In this document: one piece after another, positions 9,831 to 22,900 of the stretch
How the letters are laid out: every line of letters begins with the position of its first letter
Position numbering within the stretch: the first letter of the stretch is position 1
Assembly (NCBI GenBank): GCA_013265495.1
Contig: MU058337.1
Span: 1,108,777-1,172,776 of the forward strand
Direction of reading: 5' to 3'
Length of the DNA stretch: 64,000 nt
Origin: Vicugna vicugna
Lineage: Eukaryota
Made by a program: the position numbers and the translations under genes
The notes under the pieces: generated by a model
Seen by the model: the letters and a program-made list of their open reading frames with translations, nothing else
Database searches by the model: none
What the model was told of the DNA's origin: nothing

Positions 9831-12800
9831 CAGGCCCTTTTTCCAGAAAACGGTGCTTTCTGCATTTCCACACCATTTCAGAGGGTTCGTGGACTTGCGG
9901 TTTCCCCTGTCCACGGGTTAGATGGTTTAGATCTGCGGGGTCGCTGGCTATTGATGAATAACCGCAGACGCCACCACTAGGAGCCCTCTGTAGGAAACAA
10001 GGGCTGAACATCCCTAAGCTGGAAATGACGTGCAAAAGCGCTTACTGTGAGAAGCATAGGAAGAAAGTGCGAATTGACTAGTGCATCCGAGGTGCCATGC
10101 CGGGCACTCGCCCGTAGGGCTGAGTCATTTAGCCCTCCCAATAGCGCTTTTTATGGAATCGTCCTCCCCACCTTTTTTCTTGCAGGTGGGGAGCTTGGTC
10201 TCCTGAGAGTGGACCTCATCCGAGCTCAGTGCCAGTGCCGCTGGCAGAGTCGGCGCCCACACCCCCTCCCCAGGCGGCGCGGCCCTGTGCTTCCTTCTCC
10301 CAGCAACTATGGAACTGCCTGCTAATGGCTCACCCCAGCCACCTTCAGAGACTGGTCTTGGCCAGCGAGTCAGTGCCCAACTAACAGAGAGCCGGAATTC
10401 CCTCGACAACCACCACCGGCCGAAGGACTGGGGGGGAAGTACCAGTACTGTGTTTGCCCGGTACTTGGTCTCAAGTCTGGACGTGCTCTCCGGAGCTCCT
10501 GCAGGATCCTGCAGAGTCTGGGTCTTCATCTCAAATCCCACCTGCCCAGATTCACCTGAACTTCTCTGTCCTGCTTTCTGGGCCCCACGGAGCCCTTTCT
10601 GGTAAATCACTTGGACTCAGACCCTTGGCTCGGGCACTGCTCGTGGGACAGCCCAGACTAGCCAGGCATCAGCGGTAAGACCACAAGGATACCGAGCCCG
10701 GCCTTGATCTGCTTTCGTTCTCTCCCCTCCGTCACAAAAGCCAACAGCGACAGCATCAAAAGAATCATAAAGAAAAGTATCTAGAAATGAATCAGTCATA
10801 GGTAGCTTCGTTTTGGCAAAGCTAGTGCTGCGGATGCTTACAAGTGGGAAATGCATTAAATGAAAACATCTGAAGGGAAAAGTAACAGCATGAAGGATTA
10901 TAGCTTCTTTTCCAAGGTGATTTCTAAAGACCTGGTCTGCAGGTGTGTGGCCTGCCAGTGTGGCAGTTACATAGACCACCACTAAGACAAGCTGCGTGAA
11001 CACCCAAAGGCTTCTAACGCTTGCCTAAAGGTAAGGACCCAAGTCAAGTTCAGTGATGAATGAGGGCAACTCTAAAGGAAACAGGATAAGAAACTGCACA
11101 ATCATGCACCATCAACACACCCCAGCAGCCTTCTCTGGCTTGGTGTGATGTAGGTTTTTGAGGGTGTGTCTCCCCTTGTCCCATCCCCCATCCATGGAAG
11201 GAGAGCTTCATACCACATACCTTTGCCACATTCAGTAATGGCAGGCGGAAGCGACGAAGTTCCGTGGTGTCAGTGGTCAAGGAACTGTGGTCACTGCAGA
11301 TGTGAGGAATGTGGACCCAGATGGTAAAAACACGAACAAGCAGCAGATAGACAATATGCTGCAGGACATGCATTTCCATAGATCGTGGTTCTGTGTGTTT
11401 TTCTTTAAGAAAAAAAATACTTCAATCAAATTGAGTTAAAGTTCTGTAAGACAGGGTTTGATGAAAGCAAGCTTGTTGATCATCATAATTTAATATGTAG
11501 CAGGTTTTTCCTTCAATAAATCATGGATATGAGTTTACTTTAAATACGTATGTTTTTCTCTAGAGTGTTCATGGAGACAAAGATATTCAGATTTTTGAAG
11601 AGATGTTTTTCTTTCCCTGAGGAAAACCCCTACGCAACATGATTTAAAAAACAAAACATTACCATTTGTCTCAGGGCAGGTTAGTTCCCTTAAGTGAACA
11701 GGAACAAAATAAACAGGACTCTGGCCGCAAGGGGCAGTTCTTGCAGTTTGGTGTCAAAATGTTTTGTAGCCTTTCTGATTGTGTATTGTGTTCCTCTATT
11801 GGATACACAAGTGGGATTTTTCAAGCACTTTCGGTACTTGTGAAATGGAGGGATCTCTCCCAAGAAGAATTCTGTGACATAGAAAAAAGAACCACAAAGC
11901 AGAGAACCCCCAGCAGTGGGGGCGGATGCAGTGCTCGGATGAAGAGGACCCCGGGCACAGGGGCCTCCTTCTCACAGGAAGGAGGTCATTCTACCCAATC
12001 ACAGGCCCCTGCTCTGCCATGAGCCTAGGACACGATCTGAACCAGCGTGCCTTTGGCCAAAATACATAGGACTTTTTATGCAAATAATCAGATGGTGAAT
12101 TCCGCTTGGGAAAAAGAACAATCCTCTTAAAACATAAACATCAGCAAGAACGTGGGGAGAGGGTAAGAGAAGTAGCTGCCTTCGGGAACGTCCTCTTTTA
12201 AAAGCGAGCAGCGAATCTTCCACTAAAACCGCCCGTGACCTTCATAAAGCTGCCGTCTGCAACGCAAGTGTTTCTTTTCGAGGGATTCAAAATGACTGGT
12301 TTCGTCTTTCCATTTTCTGGCATTTGGTGATCAGAAAACATGAAAATGTACATGTGGGAACTTCTGTCAGGTGCCTGAGTGACAGTGTGGAAGAATGTCT
12401 GGGGACAGAGAAAATCAGTGCATATGGGACTGAGTGACAGCTTCTTCAGGGAAACCTAAAAAGGAGATTTCCAGCCAACACGTTTAATTTCCACCTAATC
12501 AAGGCAGGCCGAGCCATCTGTTGGCTGAGATCTTGTCCCCCACCTTGGGGGGTGCCTGGTGATTGGCTGGCCGTGTGTGAGAGAGCCATCTCCAACTAAC
12601 GTCTGTCATCTGTCAGCCCCCCGACTGTAATGATGGGCAAAGTTGCTAGCGGCTGTCATAGGCCATATGGGATGACGAGGAAAGGGACAGACCACGACCG
12701 CACCACAGACGCAGGGTGTTTCACTGGCAAACCAACCCCTCACCGGCCACGCCAGCCGGGATGGGAGCCCCAGGAGAGGCTCTGGTCGAGAAGGTAAGGG

Positions 12801-13156
12801 GAGTGGGGTCACGTTAGAAGCCATCTCGTCTTAAATCTTGACTGGAAGGGTAAGTGGAATAAGTAAGTAAATAAGTCCATAAATAAGTCAGTCAGTTAAC
12901 TAACAGATGCACGCGTGTTAGGGTGGAACTACAAGAAATCCACACGCAGAGATCCGCTACCATCAGCGCCAGCAGTGTTGTCAGCAGGAAAAAGTCTGTC
13001 TTTATGGCTCTGTTGGACAACTATCCATGATCAAGCCTTGAATATTGTCTCCCTCTGTTTTAAGAAGCTTCATACAGACCCCCAAATGGCCGCAGGAGAA
13101 TGTTTTGGTCTAAATATAGACAAAGGTTACTTGAATGCTTAACCAATGAGGCTGCA

Positions 13157-13391
13157 ATTTTTTTAATATATAAATTCTGTTTTTAAATTGACGTATAGTC
13201 AGTTTACAACGTTGGGTCATTTTCTGGTGCACAGCATCATGTTCCAGTCATACATATACATACACATACTCCTTTTCATGTTCTTTTTTATTGTAAGTTA
13301 CTACAAGGTATTGAATATAGTGCCCTGTGCTGTGCAGAAGAAACTTGTTGTTTGTCTATTTTATATATACTAGCTAGTATCTGCACACCTC
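13157..13391 (-). mobile_element. camelid-type L1 3' end
   Basis: TTGACGTATAGTCAGTTTACAACG...TCTGGTGCACAGCATCATG...TAGTATCTGCA, homologous to the 3652-3868 copy. Confidence 0.88.
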
Positions 13392-13702
13392 AGTGTTAGG
13401 TTCATGTGGCATCACACGGCCCCAGTAGCCTTGCACACATGCTCACGTTTTAAGATTCATTCAGGAAGGCTTACTACAGGGAGCTACCTAATTTAAAGCT
13501 CTCTCCCTAGCCTTTGAACTGTGGTCTGCATTCATGTCACCTAAATTAAGTCAGAACTTGGTATGGCACCCAAGCCAATAGTCATTTCTGGAACTAAAGA
13601 CGAGAGCAGGTGGGTGGTAGCATCTGTTTATAACTGAGGAATCACCTTTCCGTCCCAAGTTCTTCAACCCCATTTAGTTGTGGACACTAACGAATTCTGC
13701 CT

Positions 13703-13822
13703 GGTGGTTCTCAATCCCGGCTACTCACTGGACCAATTAAATAAAACCTGTAGGAAGTGGGACCCAGCTAGAAATATATTTTTTAAATGTTATGTATCAT
13801 TCAATGTACAGTTGAGAGGCAA
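13703..13822. mobile_element. MER5-like hAT MITE remnant
   Basis: GTGGTTCTCAATCCCGGCT start and TCAATGTACAGTTGAGAGGCAATG end resemble MER5A/B termini. Confidence 0.5.
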
Positions 13823-14079
13823 TGAACGTAAGTGCAGTTCAGCTGAATTTCGAGCTGAACCTGAAGGAGCTGGAGGGCGGCGTGAGACCCACGCTGGCGT
13901 GGCGGCGCGTGCAGGGGCCGGTGCGCCTGGAGGGAACCGGGGCCCTGGGGCTCAGCGAGGTGCGGGCTTCCTCCAGCACTCCCGAGCACAGCCGTTTGGC
14001 ACAAACCGTTTTCTGCTTGACTGTCCAGTCCTCTCTGTGGGGACCAAAGCTTGTCCCTGAACCAGTCCCGTCCAGACTT

Positions 14080-14240
14080 GCTCATCCTCATAGCAAATAT
14101 GAGGTAAGAATTAAGGTAAGGAATATTGTCACCATCTTGAAGACAAGAAACAGACCCCCTGGAGAGGCCCAGTAATTTGCTTGTGTAATTGCAGCGCTAG
14201 AATTTATCCCGGGCTTGTCTGACTCCAAAGCCTACACTGG
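14080..14240 (-). mobile_element. MIR SINE (degenerate)
   Basis: ATCCTCATAGCAAATATGAGGTAAG...GAGGCCCAGTAATTTGC...GTCTGACTCCAAAGCC. Confidence 0.6.
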
Positions 14241-15619
14241 CCCGTTTCAGCCACCGACACTGAGCTCCAGCCCCTTCCCTCAAAATTGGATCTAACTTCT
14301 CCTGAGAGAGGCCGTTCTGCAGCTCTGGCCCCAGCCAGCTCCAGCCACGTCCAGTGGCCTCCCCTTCCCCACAGTGACATTCCAGGATCCCACCCCATCA
14401 TCAGCTGACTTATAACAGGGACCAAAACCACACACCACCTTCCTTCCTCACCACCACTGACCATTCCAGCCTCTTCTGACCCTCCTACAGCTTGGATTCT
14501 CCTTTTCATGATTGTAAGAACATTTGTTGGTTGCTTTTCAAATGCTTTACGTTGGATCAATAAAATAAAAAGAGCCTCATAAATGATTGCTTTCTCCCTT
14601 ACCTTTGGAGCAAGATTTTCTCCTACTGAATCTTGATGATTTTCGTTAAAAGTTTTGAGATTTATTTTCCTTAAAATAAGAGAAAATGTAATTCTGGATT
14701 AAACATTAATAATAATAGTAATTACATTTACACAGAAGAAATAAAATTCTAAGTTCAAAGTAAACAAGACCATTTGACTTTTTATTTAAAAAAAGTGAAA
14801 GAAATAAACAGCACCATAGGCTGAAAAACCACTTCATCTCTCTCATTAGTTCTGAGCTCTTTCTGGAATTAAAGATATTTGTTTGATACTTTTATTACAT
14901 TAATTTGCTTAAATTGTTATATAATGTTTTTGTTTTAAAAATGATACAAACTTGTGCTATAAAAATTTGGAAAAGTAGAGAAAAGAATGATCATGAGAAA
15001 ATAACTTAATATTTTAAAGTATTACATTTCATTTAAAAAAATTATTGAAAAAAACTGAAGAACTTGCTAAACTTAGAATAAAAGTTTCTTCTCAACAATC
15101 GATATAAATTCTTAAATATCCCAATAAAGGTAAAATTTTAAAAACCTTTAGAAAGTGGGTACTTATGTGAAAAACAATAACTCAAACTCTAGAAAAGAAA
15201 ATCATGGTAAAGTAATTATAGTCGTGGCTCTCATAAATCCACAGTGGTTCTACCTAAACTGAGAATATCTATCAGCCTTCTCTTTTCCTATGAATTCGAA
15301 TTACCTGGGCAGTGTTTGTTTGAGTTTGTTATTTCAAAAGGCACTGTTCTTTAAACCCCATCAGCTATTAAAAAATGATGTCAAAATTTCATTTGGGGAC
15401 CATGATTTATTTTCCTCTTGTTTTTCTTTAACCTCACTTTGTGATCGCCTTTCTTTTTTCTTGACAGGAAAGAGAATCACTCATTTGGTGTGGCGCTGTC
15501 TACTTTCTTCTTAGACATTTTCACACAGCCCTCAGACCTCACATCCCAATTTGGAACGATTATTTCTACACCAGCAGTACAGGAGTTGTTCTGAGCTTTA
15601 TCTTTTCTTCCCAGGGTAA

Positions 15620-15990
15620 GTGAGTTTCACCTTAAAACTCATATCCTCTTCTTTCTCAGATTTCTTTTTGGATTTGTTTCTTGAATTTATCTTGTTTAGT
15701 GTTTTTTAAAATGATGCATGGCCAAATAAACTTTCTCTGAGTCTTCCTGTGTTGGAAAGCACCTAATTTTGCTCTCATGCTTGAATGCTACTTACATTTC
15801 CTCATACCAATGTTACTCCACTGTTGTCATGCATTAGATTTTGCTAATGAGAAGTCTAGTTTAATGCTTACTCCTACTTTTTTAAAGAAGATGGAATTTT
15901 TCTCTGTCTGTGGAGTTCTGTAGTGCCCACCAGTCCACACTTACACGTGTGCTGTTTTCCTTTCTACCTTCCAAAAACTCTCCAAAGTTT
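15620..15990 (-). mobile_element. very old L1/HAL1 ORF1-region fragment
   Basis: AACTTTCTCTGAGTCTT...CTCATGCTTGAATG...CTCCACTGTTGTC...GCTAATGAGAAGTCT resembles antisense L1ME/HAL1 ORF1. Confidence 0.45.
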
Positions 15991-16489
15991 TGGTTTGCTA
16001 AAATCCCTTCCTTTTCACGGTCTGTTCTGTTTCTGTTACTATTAATATTAAGTAATACGGTCAGTGCCCCATCATGAACTAGAATTTCATGTTTGCTCTT
16101 TTATTTGGCACTAACTACTCTAGGAAACACAAAAATTGGTAAGACAGCCCTCTTCATCCACAAGAAGATAAAACAGCAAACAAATTATAAGAATTGCATT
16201 TCTTTACTAATGGGATGTCTGAAGTGGGCAAACTCTCTTCCAGTTGTAATAACCAAGAAAGGCTGCATACAGAAAAGATAGCATCTGTGTAGAACAAGCA
16301 GGAGTTAAAACAGTAGAAAAGAATCCAGCCTGGACGGCCAAGAAGGGAAGAAGAGAAAGAGGTTGGCGGGGAAGAGGGAGTCGACGGGGGTCAGTGTGGC
16401 ACGTATTCTTGAGGCAGAGACTAGACTTGCTCAGCTGCGGTGGAAACGCGAGTGTCAGGAACCGACCAGATGTGTAAACTGGGAGGAGT

Positions 16490-17110
16490 GTCACTCACTC
16501 ACCAAACGCCTGAGCACCTGTGGGGAAGCAGGCAGCAAGCCGAGCGCCCGGCAGTCCGTGGAGTAAATGACATGTAATCAACATGCACAGGTTTACAAGG
16601 TGACACACATTTGTATAACTATATATATGATATTAAAATTATAGATACATATGGGGGTATGAACATAGTGATTTTCTTGGGAAAAAAAGTGGGTTAGGAG
16701 TTGGGGCTAGAATGTGGGTGTCATTATTGAGCATAAGGCTCTGAAAGACTTCGGTCCTGAATCAGGACACTGGATGCCGTCAAAGGCTTTCGTGCCTGGG
16801 AAAGATGATATAAAACATGTTCAATAAATCTATCAGTGGAATATCACAAAAAGGAAACAATTACATTAAAAATTTTTAAAGAATTTTAAAAATCATTTAG
16901 AAAGCTACCAGGTGAATGAGAGTGCTGTTAGGGAAGTTTATTTCAGAAATTCAAGAGTAAATAAAGAAGAAAGGAGGAGGCAAGTACAAAGGTAGGTCAG
17001 CAAGACAGGCAGGTATCAGCAGTGGTCAGGGGTCGGGGAGGAGGACGTGGGAGTGACTGTGGTTAACAAAAACTGAGATTTTTGATCTTAGAACTGGAGG
17101 ATAATGATGC
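16490..17110 (-). mobile_element. L2 fragment(s)
   Basis: TCACTCACTCACCAAACGCCTGAGCACC tail and degenerate L2 body (TGAATCAGGACACTGG...GAGATTTTTGATCTTAGAACTGGAGGATAATGATGC). Confidence 0.55.
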
Positions 17111-19899
17111 TCTAAAAACCAGAAAACTCAAGGTACCTCATGATGGAGAGGAAACCACACGGGCGGTGGTTTCCTCTCCATCTGAGGAAAGATGGTGGAT
17201 CTGATCACGTCATGCCTCTAACTGTTATGGAAGCTTTGATGAGTGCCTGCCATCTCTGGGTACCGTTTTCCTCATCTATAACATTGGTTGGCCGTAAGAT
17301 ATATATCTATATATTTTTTAATTTTCAAATTAAAATTTTATAATTTTACTGAGTTTACACATTAGTTTTGGTGTCATTTCGTCAGTATCTTTATGCCATA
17401 TATTCATAAGTAACATTAATTCTACTTTATATGAGCAATGATTCTAATCTTTTACCTGTACATCTTAGCTTAGAAAGGGTTATTGTCTTATTTTTATTTT
17501 TTAAAAACATAGTAAGAATAAGATAACAGTGAAATAAGCCTGTAAATTATTTGAGAACCAAGGAAGGGTTATTTTTTTTTAAATGTCCCTTGTATTCCTC
17601 TTCAAATTCCAGAGCAGGAGATCAAGTAGAAGAACTTTAATGTGGATTTCAGTTTTCTATATAAATCATTCTGTTATTTTGGCACTGCAACTCAGCTGCC
17701 TCATATTAGCTGGAGAAGATCATGAATAAATTTGCAGCATACTGCACATGGGATTCTGTGTACATGAAATAATTCTTATTGGCAATTGCTTTCACAATTC
17801 ACTGCACAGAAGATGTAACATGCGGGCACAGAATTTCATTCCTCACACTAGAGTGGAAACTGAGAGCCACAGACACAGACGCTGAAGAGCCGCTGCCCTC
17901 CTGATCAACAGAGCTTCTCTGCAAACCCACTCAGCTAACCTGATTCAACACCAGAAGTGCACAGTTCTGTTGGCCATGATCTCTCAGTGATGCCTGGTCT
18001 CGCATAAAATCATGATGCTTTAATCTGGTAATTGAGTTGTGCCACACTCTGACTCTAATCCACTCCAAAGCCTTGCCCTAATTTGGACTGTTCTTGTGCA
18101 AGAATAACGAGCAGGTGATGCGTGTGTTGACCTCTGCCCCATGCCCATGGAAGGCACCATCACTTAGCTGTGGCATTTTCACACTGTGTAGTAACATATC
18201 TTCTCAAACCTTCTCTCTATCATGTTCCAGGAAGTTACTAGCAATCGATCAGAGTAGGCATCAAGTTTAAAAATGTCTGCTGTTCTTGGTGGCTTCCTTC
18301 TCCTCTAATTTTCCAATCCTCGTGGCTAAGACCCCTTAACTTACATCTTGAATTCAAGTCTAGCCCAGGCTCTGAGGTCAAGCTTCCCAGTAAGGATAAA
18401 ATGTGATGGAGCCCGAGGCTAGTATTTTTGAGGCTCAGAAACAAGTCATCTTCTTAAGTGGCTCCTTTCTGATCTTTGGTCTTTTAGTTCTGTTCACTGG
18501 ACTTTTGACTTATTCCTTGGAATCCTTTGTATATGGTGCCAGACCTGAGTTTATATCTTAGTTACTCGCTGAAGATACAATATTTCTTTGGGATTTGGGT
18601 TTTCCCTTAACTCTTGTCTCTTCAGATGGCCAGAGTCCTTTCCCTTGATGCCAACCACTTGCATAGCTGTGTATTTCCTGGAATCTTAGACAAGTTCCTA
18701 GCTCTCTGCTTCTGCTGGGACACACATTTTTGGCCAACCTTGGACCTGACCATTACCTCCCACCAAGCTTCCTGACATTCCAGCTGGCAGTTCAAATCTC
18801 TTGGTGAAAATAAAATAACATTTAACACTTGTATGGTATTTCTCAGTTGATAAAATTTCATCTCTTCCCATAGATTATATCACACTGTACCTCATTAAGC
18901 CCAATTTTTATACAAATCCACATGAATCTTTATCTCAGTCAAACTAACATCTGAGTGTGTTTGATGATTTTTTTTCCTCCTCTGCAGATTTCCTCTGAAC
19001 ACTCTCCCAGTCCTAAATATCCTCCCAAGTCTTCCTCCACAATTGGTCTCCTGACTATCATGCTCAGAGCCTTTCACCTTCTTTGAAATTTGCTCTTCGG
19101 ACCTCATATCACAATTAGTGTTATAGCTTAATAATTGGGATTTTGTCTCACAAAACATAAATTCCCAGGTTTTGGAGGAATACTGTAGGCCAAGTTGTTT
19201 AAAAACCAACCCGGTGCAATGTATGAGCTTCCTACCCAAGTCTCCACCATGTGTATACCTAATCTGTACTCGAACATGCCAGTGACAAGGCACTCATTAC
19301 CTCTTACATTTTGGTAAATAGTTAACCATCAATAATCTACTTCTCAGTTACCTTAGATTTATTTTCAGTCCTAATTTTACCCATAGTGGAAACACGCCCA
19401 AATATCTAATAAAAGTGCCACAGAATGGTAGTGCCTTAAATATTGAACACAGCTCTAATGTGTTCACTAGCCTCCAGCCTTAATCCTCTAAGACTTCAGT
19501 TATTTTTGATATTGTAAAGTTTCTGCTTACCTCATCATTCTGGTCCTGCCTCATATGACTTTTCTTTTTTTTAGTCTTCAGATCGACTTATTGCAGATTG
19601 TTCCATTTTTCACTGTGCTCTCTGCAGTGATCATCCTCCTTGCTTGGAATAAAGCAGATGCATATTGTAGAACTGTTGATTAAAACTGACTATTTAATGA
19701 GGATCTATAATTCATAGGCTAGTACAGCGTGTGTGTGTTTATATGTGTGTGCTCTATAGGAAGACTGGTTAAATGAGACTTATCAAGGCTTCACTTAGCC
19801 AGCCTGAATTTAGTGGGCCAAGACTTTTGAAAAATAGGATGCATTTAAATAAAACATAAGTATGGGTAACTTATCATTACCCATTTGTTCTATATTGGA

Positions 19900-20070
19900 A
19901 ACAGAAACTCAAAAGCTGAAATAAGTAAATAGCCTTATAGACATCTGGTATCTTCTAAAAGCTTAAATTATAATGTTCAAACTGGATTAGGCTGGGATAA
20001 GTTCCAGTCAATGCATCTGATGAAAAGATAAGTTGAATTGTAAGGTGAATTCATTCTCAGTAAACATCTA
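19900..20070 (+). mobile_element. possible CR1/L3 remnant
   Basis: GGATTAGGCTGGGATAAG...GCATCTGATGAAAAGATAAG loosely resembles the L3 ORF2 3' region. A possible continuation lies at about 22420-22480, beyond the L1. Confidence 0.3.
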
Positions 20071-20104
20071 ATTGAAGAATTATCGTTCAGGTATTGCTGA
20101 AACT

Positions 20105-22420
20105 AAACAGGACATTAAGCCATCAGATAAGTCTCAGTAAATTTAAAAGGACTGAAGTCATACAAACTATGATCTCCAAACACAATGGAATGAAAGTAGA
20201 AATCAATAACGGAGGAAACTCTGAAAAGTTTACAAACAGATGGAAATGAAAAGACATGCTCCTAAGTAACCAGTGAGCCAAAGAAATTAGAAAATATTCT
20301 GACTGCACACCAGAAATGGACACACTGTAGCTGACTGCACTTCAATAAAAATGAAGGGAAAATTTTTTAAAAGAAAATATTTTGAGATAAATTAAAACAA
20401 AGACAGCATACCAAAAATTATAGAATGTAGCTAAAGAAGAGCTTAGAGGGAGATTTACAAATGCCCATATAAAAATAAGAAAGATCACAAATCAATAACC
20501 TGACTGTCCTCCTTAAGAAGCTAAGAGGAGCAAGCCAAACCCAAAGCAAGCAGAAGAAAGGAAACGATAAACATTTGATTTGAAAAAAATGGAGACGAGC
20601 AAAAATCAACAAAACCAAAATTGATTCTTTAAAGATCAACAAAACTTACCATCATTAGTTCAACTGTCCAGAAAAACAAAAGAGACAAGATTCGAATTAC
20701 GAAAATCAGTAATGAAAGGGAGGGAATTAGTATCGGCCCTACAGAAATAATGAGAATTATAAAGAGATATTCTGAACACTTTTATGGCAAAAAATTCAGT
20801 AAGTTAGGTGAATTGGACAAATTTCTAGAGAGAAACAAACTAAGAAAATTGACTCAAGAAGAAATAAAAGATCTGAATATAACAATAACAAATAGAGATT
20901 AAATAAATAATAAAAAGAAACGTTCCTCAAAGAAAATCCTAGGCTTCACTGCTGAATTCTACCAAATATTTAAATAAAATGTAACACCATTCCTGACCAA
21001 CATTTCTCAAAAAATAGGAGTGAACAATTTTCAACTCATTTAGAAAGTCAGCATTATCCTGATATGAAAACAAAAGACATCGCAAGAAACAAAAACTAAA
21101 CCCCAATATCTCTCTTATGAATATAGACACTAAAACCCTTAACGACTACCAGAAAAGTGAATCCAGTAACATATTAAAAGCAGTATACACCAGGAATAAG
21201 TGGTATCTATCCCAGGAATGCAAGGTTGGTTTAACACACAAAAATAGTCAATGTAATATGCCATATTACTAGACTAAAGAACAATAGCCACATGTTAATC
21301 TCAATAGATACAGAGTAAAGTATTTGACAAAATCCAACATTTTTATGGTAAAAGCACTCAACTAACTAGGAAGGGAACGTCCTTAATCTGATTAAATTCT
21401 ATATATGAAATGCCCACAGTTTATAACATGCTTACTGGTAGAATACTGAAAACTGTCCACATAAAATCAGGAACAAGACAAAGACACTTTCACTACTATT
21501 CAGCATCAAGTGGAGGGTCTAGTGAGGGAAATCAAGAAAGAAAAAAAATAAGGTATCCAGATTGCAAAGGAAAATGTAAAATAATCTCTTTTTTCAGATG
21601 ACATAATCTTGCACACAGAAATTTCTAAGGAATCCACATGAGAAATTATTAGAGATACTAAATAAGTTCATCAACATTGCAGGTTACAAGATCAATACAC
21701 AAAAATCAATTTTGTTTCTATACACTAGAACTGAACAATCCAAAAATGAAATTAAGTAATCAATTTCATTTACAATCAAATGATTGTAATTAATTTTGCA
21801 AAGAAACAGCAAGACATATACACTGAAAACTGTAAAACATCATTGAAAGAAGTTAAGAACCTAAATAAATGGAAAGCTATTCAATGTGCACCAAAGGGAA
21901 GACTTAATGTTGTTAAGATGACAATACTTTCCATGCTGATCTACAGATTTGACAAAAACGCTTATCTAAATCCCAGCTGCCATTTTTGCAGAAATTGACA
22001 AGCTGGTTCTAAAATTCACATGGAAATGCAAAGAACCCAGAATAGCCAAAACAATCTTGAAAAAAATGAAGAAAATTGGAAGAGTCATCCTTCCCAATTT
22101 CAAAATATACAAGAAGCTGCAGTAATCGAAACAGTGTGATGTTGGCATAATGATAAACATACAGAATATATCTATATTATATAGAATATATAGTAAAATG
22201 GGCTATAATTTAGAGTCCAGAAATAAACCCAAACATTATGGTTAATTGATTTTTGGAAAAAGTGCCAAGATGATTCACAGGGAAAGGAAAATCTTTTCAA
22301 CAGAATAAAGTTGAACCTGAGTTCTCAGCATATTCAAAACTGAACTCAAAATAGATTCAAAACCTAATTGTAAGAGATGAAAATAATAAATAAAACTAGT
22401 AAAATGAAGCATAGATGTAT
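20105..22420 (+). mobile_element. internal L1M ORF2 fragment (~2.3 kb, many stops and frameshifts)
   Basis: A-rich sense L1 ORF2. Degenerate SIDAEKAFDKIQH-encoding TCAATAGATACAGAGTAAAGTATTTGACAAAATCCAACAT (21301-21340), LFADD-like TTTTCAGATGACATAATC (about 21591-21608), and CCCAGGAATGCAAGGTTGGTTTAAC. Confidence 0.95.
20303..20371 (+). mobile_element. ultra-short camelid L1 3' terminus nested in the older L1
   Basis: CTGCACACCAGAAATGGACACACTGTAGCTGACTGCACTTCAATAAAAA is the reverse complement of the 3652/13157-type ends. TSD AGAAAATATT(C/T)TGA at 20289-20302 and 20372-20385. Confidence 0.85.
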
Positions 22421-22684
22421 TGATTCATGTGCTCAGTTGAATTCATTATTTCAGAAAAGCCCATGATGCTGTCCATGGTACTCACATCACCACCAGGAAG
22501 TATCTGAATCAGTCTGCATTTGTGTCTACCATATTCACGGAGTCTCCACACAGGGGCAAGGATCTGATTTTTTTTTTTTTTTCACAGTAGCTTGCCTGAG
22601 TTGAACCTCAGATATTTGAATCTTCAGTTGGATTAGTTTAATCTTTTGCCTTTCTCTGGGCAAAAGATTATTTTTATTTTATTA

Positions 22685-22900
22685 ATAATAATCCCTACCC
22701 TTGAGCTTCTATGATGTCTAAGCATCAAACTATATTCCACATATTATCTCATTTAATCCCCACCCTACAGCAAACCCAGTGGTAGGTAGTTTCGTCTCTG
22801 TTTTACAGAAGAGTTCAGAAAATCTATACCTTAAGTGGTTAAGTCAGGACTGAAGCCAAATTAATCTGACTCAGAGGCCCTGCCTTTCTACCACCCCACC
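22685..22900 (-). mobile_element. MIR SINE
   Basis: ATATTATCTCATTTAATCCCCAC...TCTGTTTTACAGAAGAG...TCTGACTCAGAGGCCC. Confidence 0.75.

Noticed and set aside
10125..11003. 161-aa and 128-aa minus-strand ORFs, one with a signal-peptide-like start
   Set aside because: No family resemblance, non-ATG starts, and no supporting splice or poly(A) structure.
13680..14175. GC-rich overlapping ORFs (96-126 aa)
   Set aside because: Long frames are expected in GC-rich DNA. They begin in a MER5-like remnant, end in a MIR, and show no recognisable protein.
20105..22420. L1 ORF2 as a functional or domesticated gene
   Set aside because: Riddled with stops and frameshifts and truncated at both ends.
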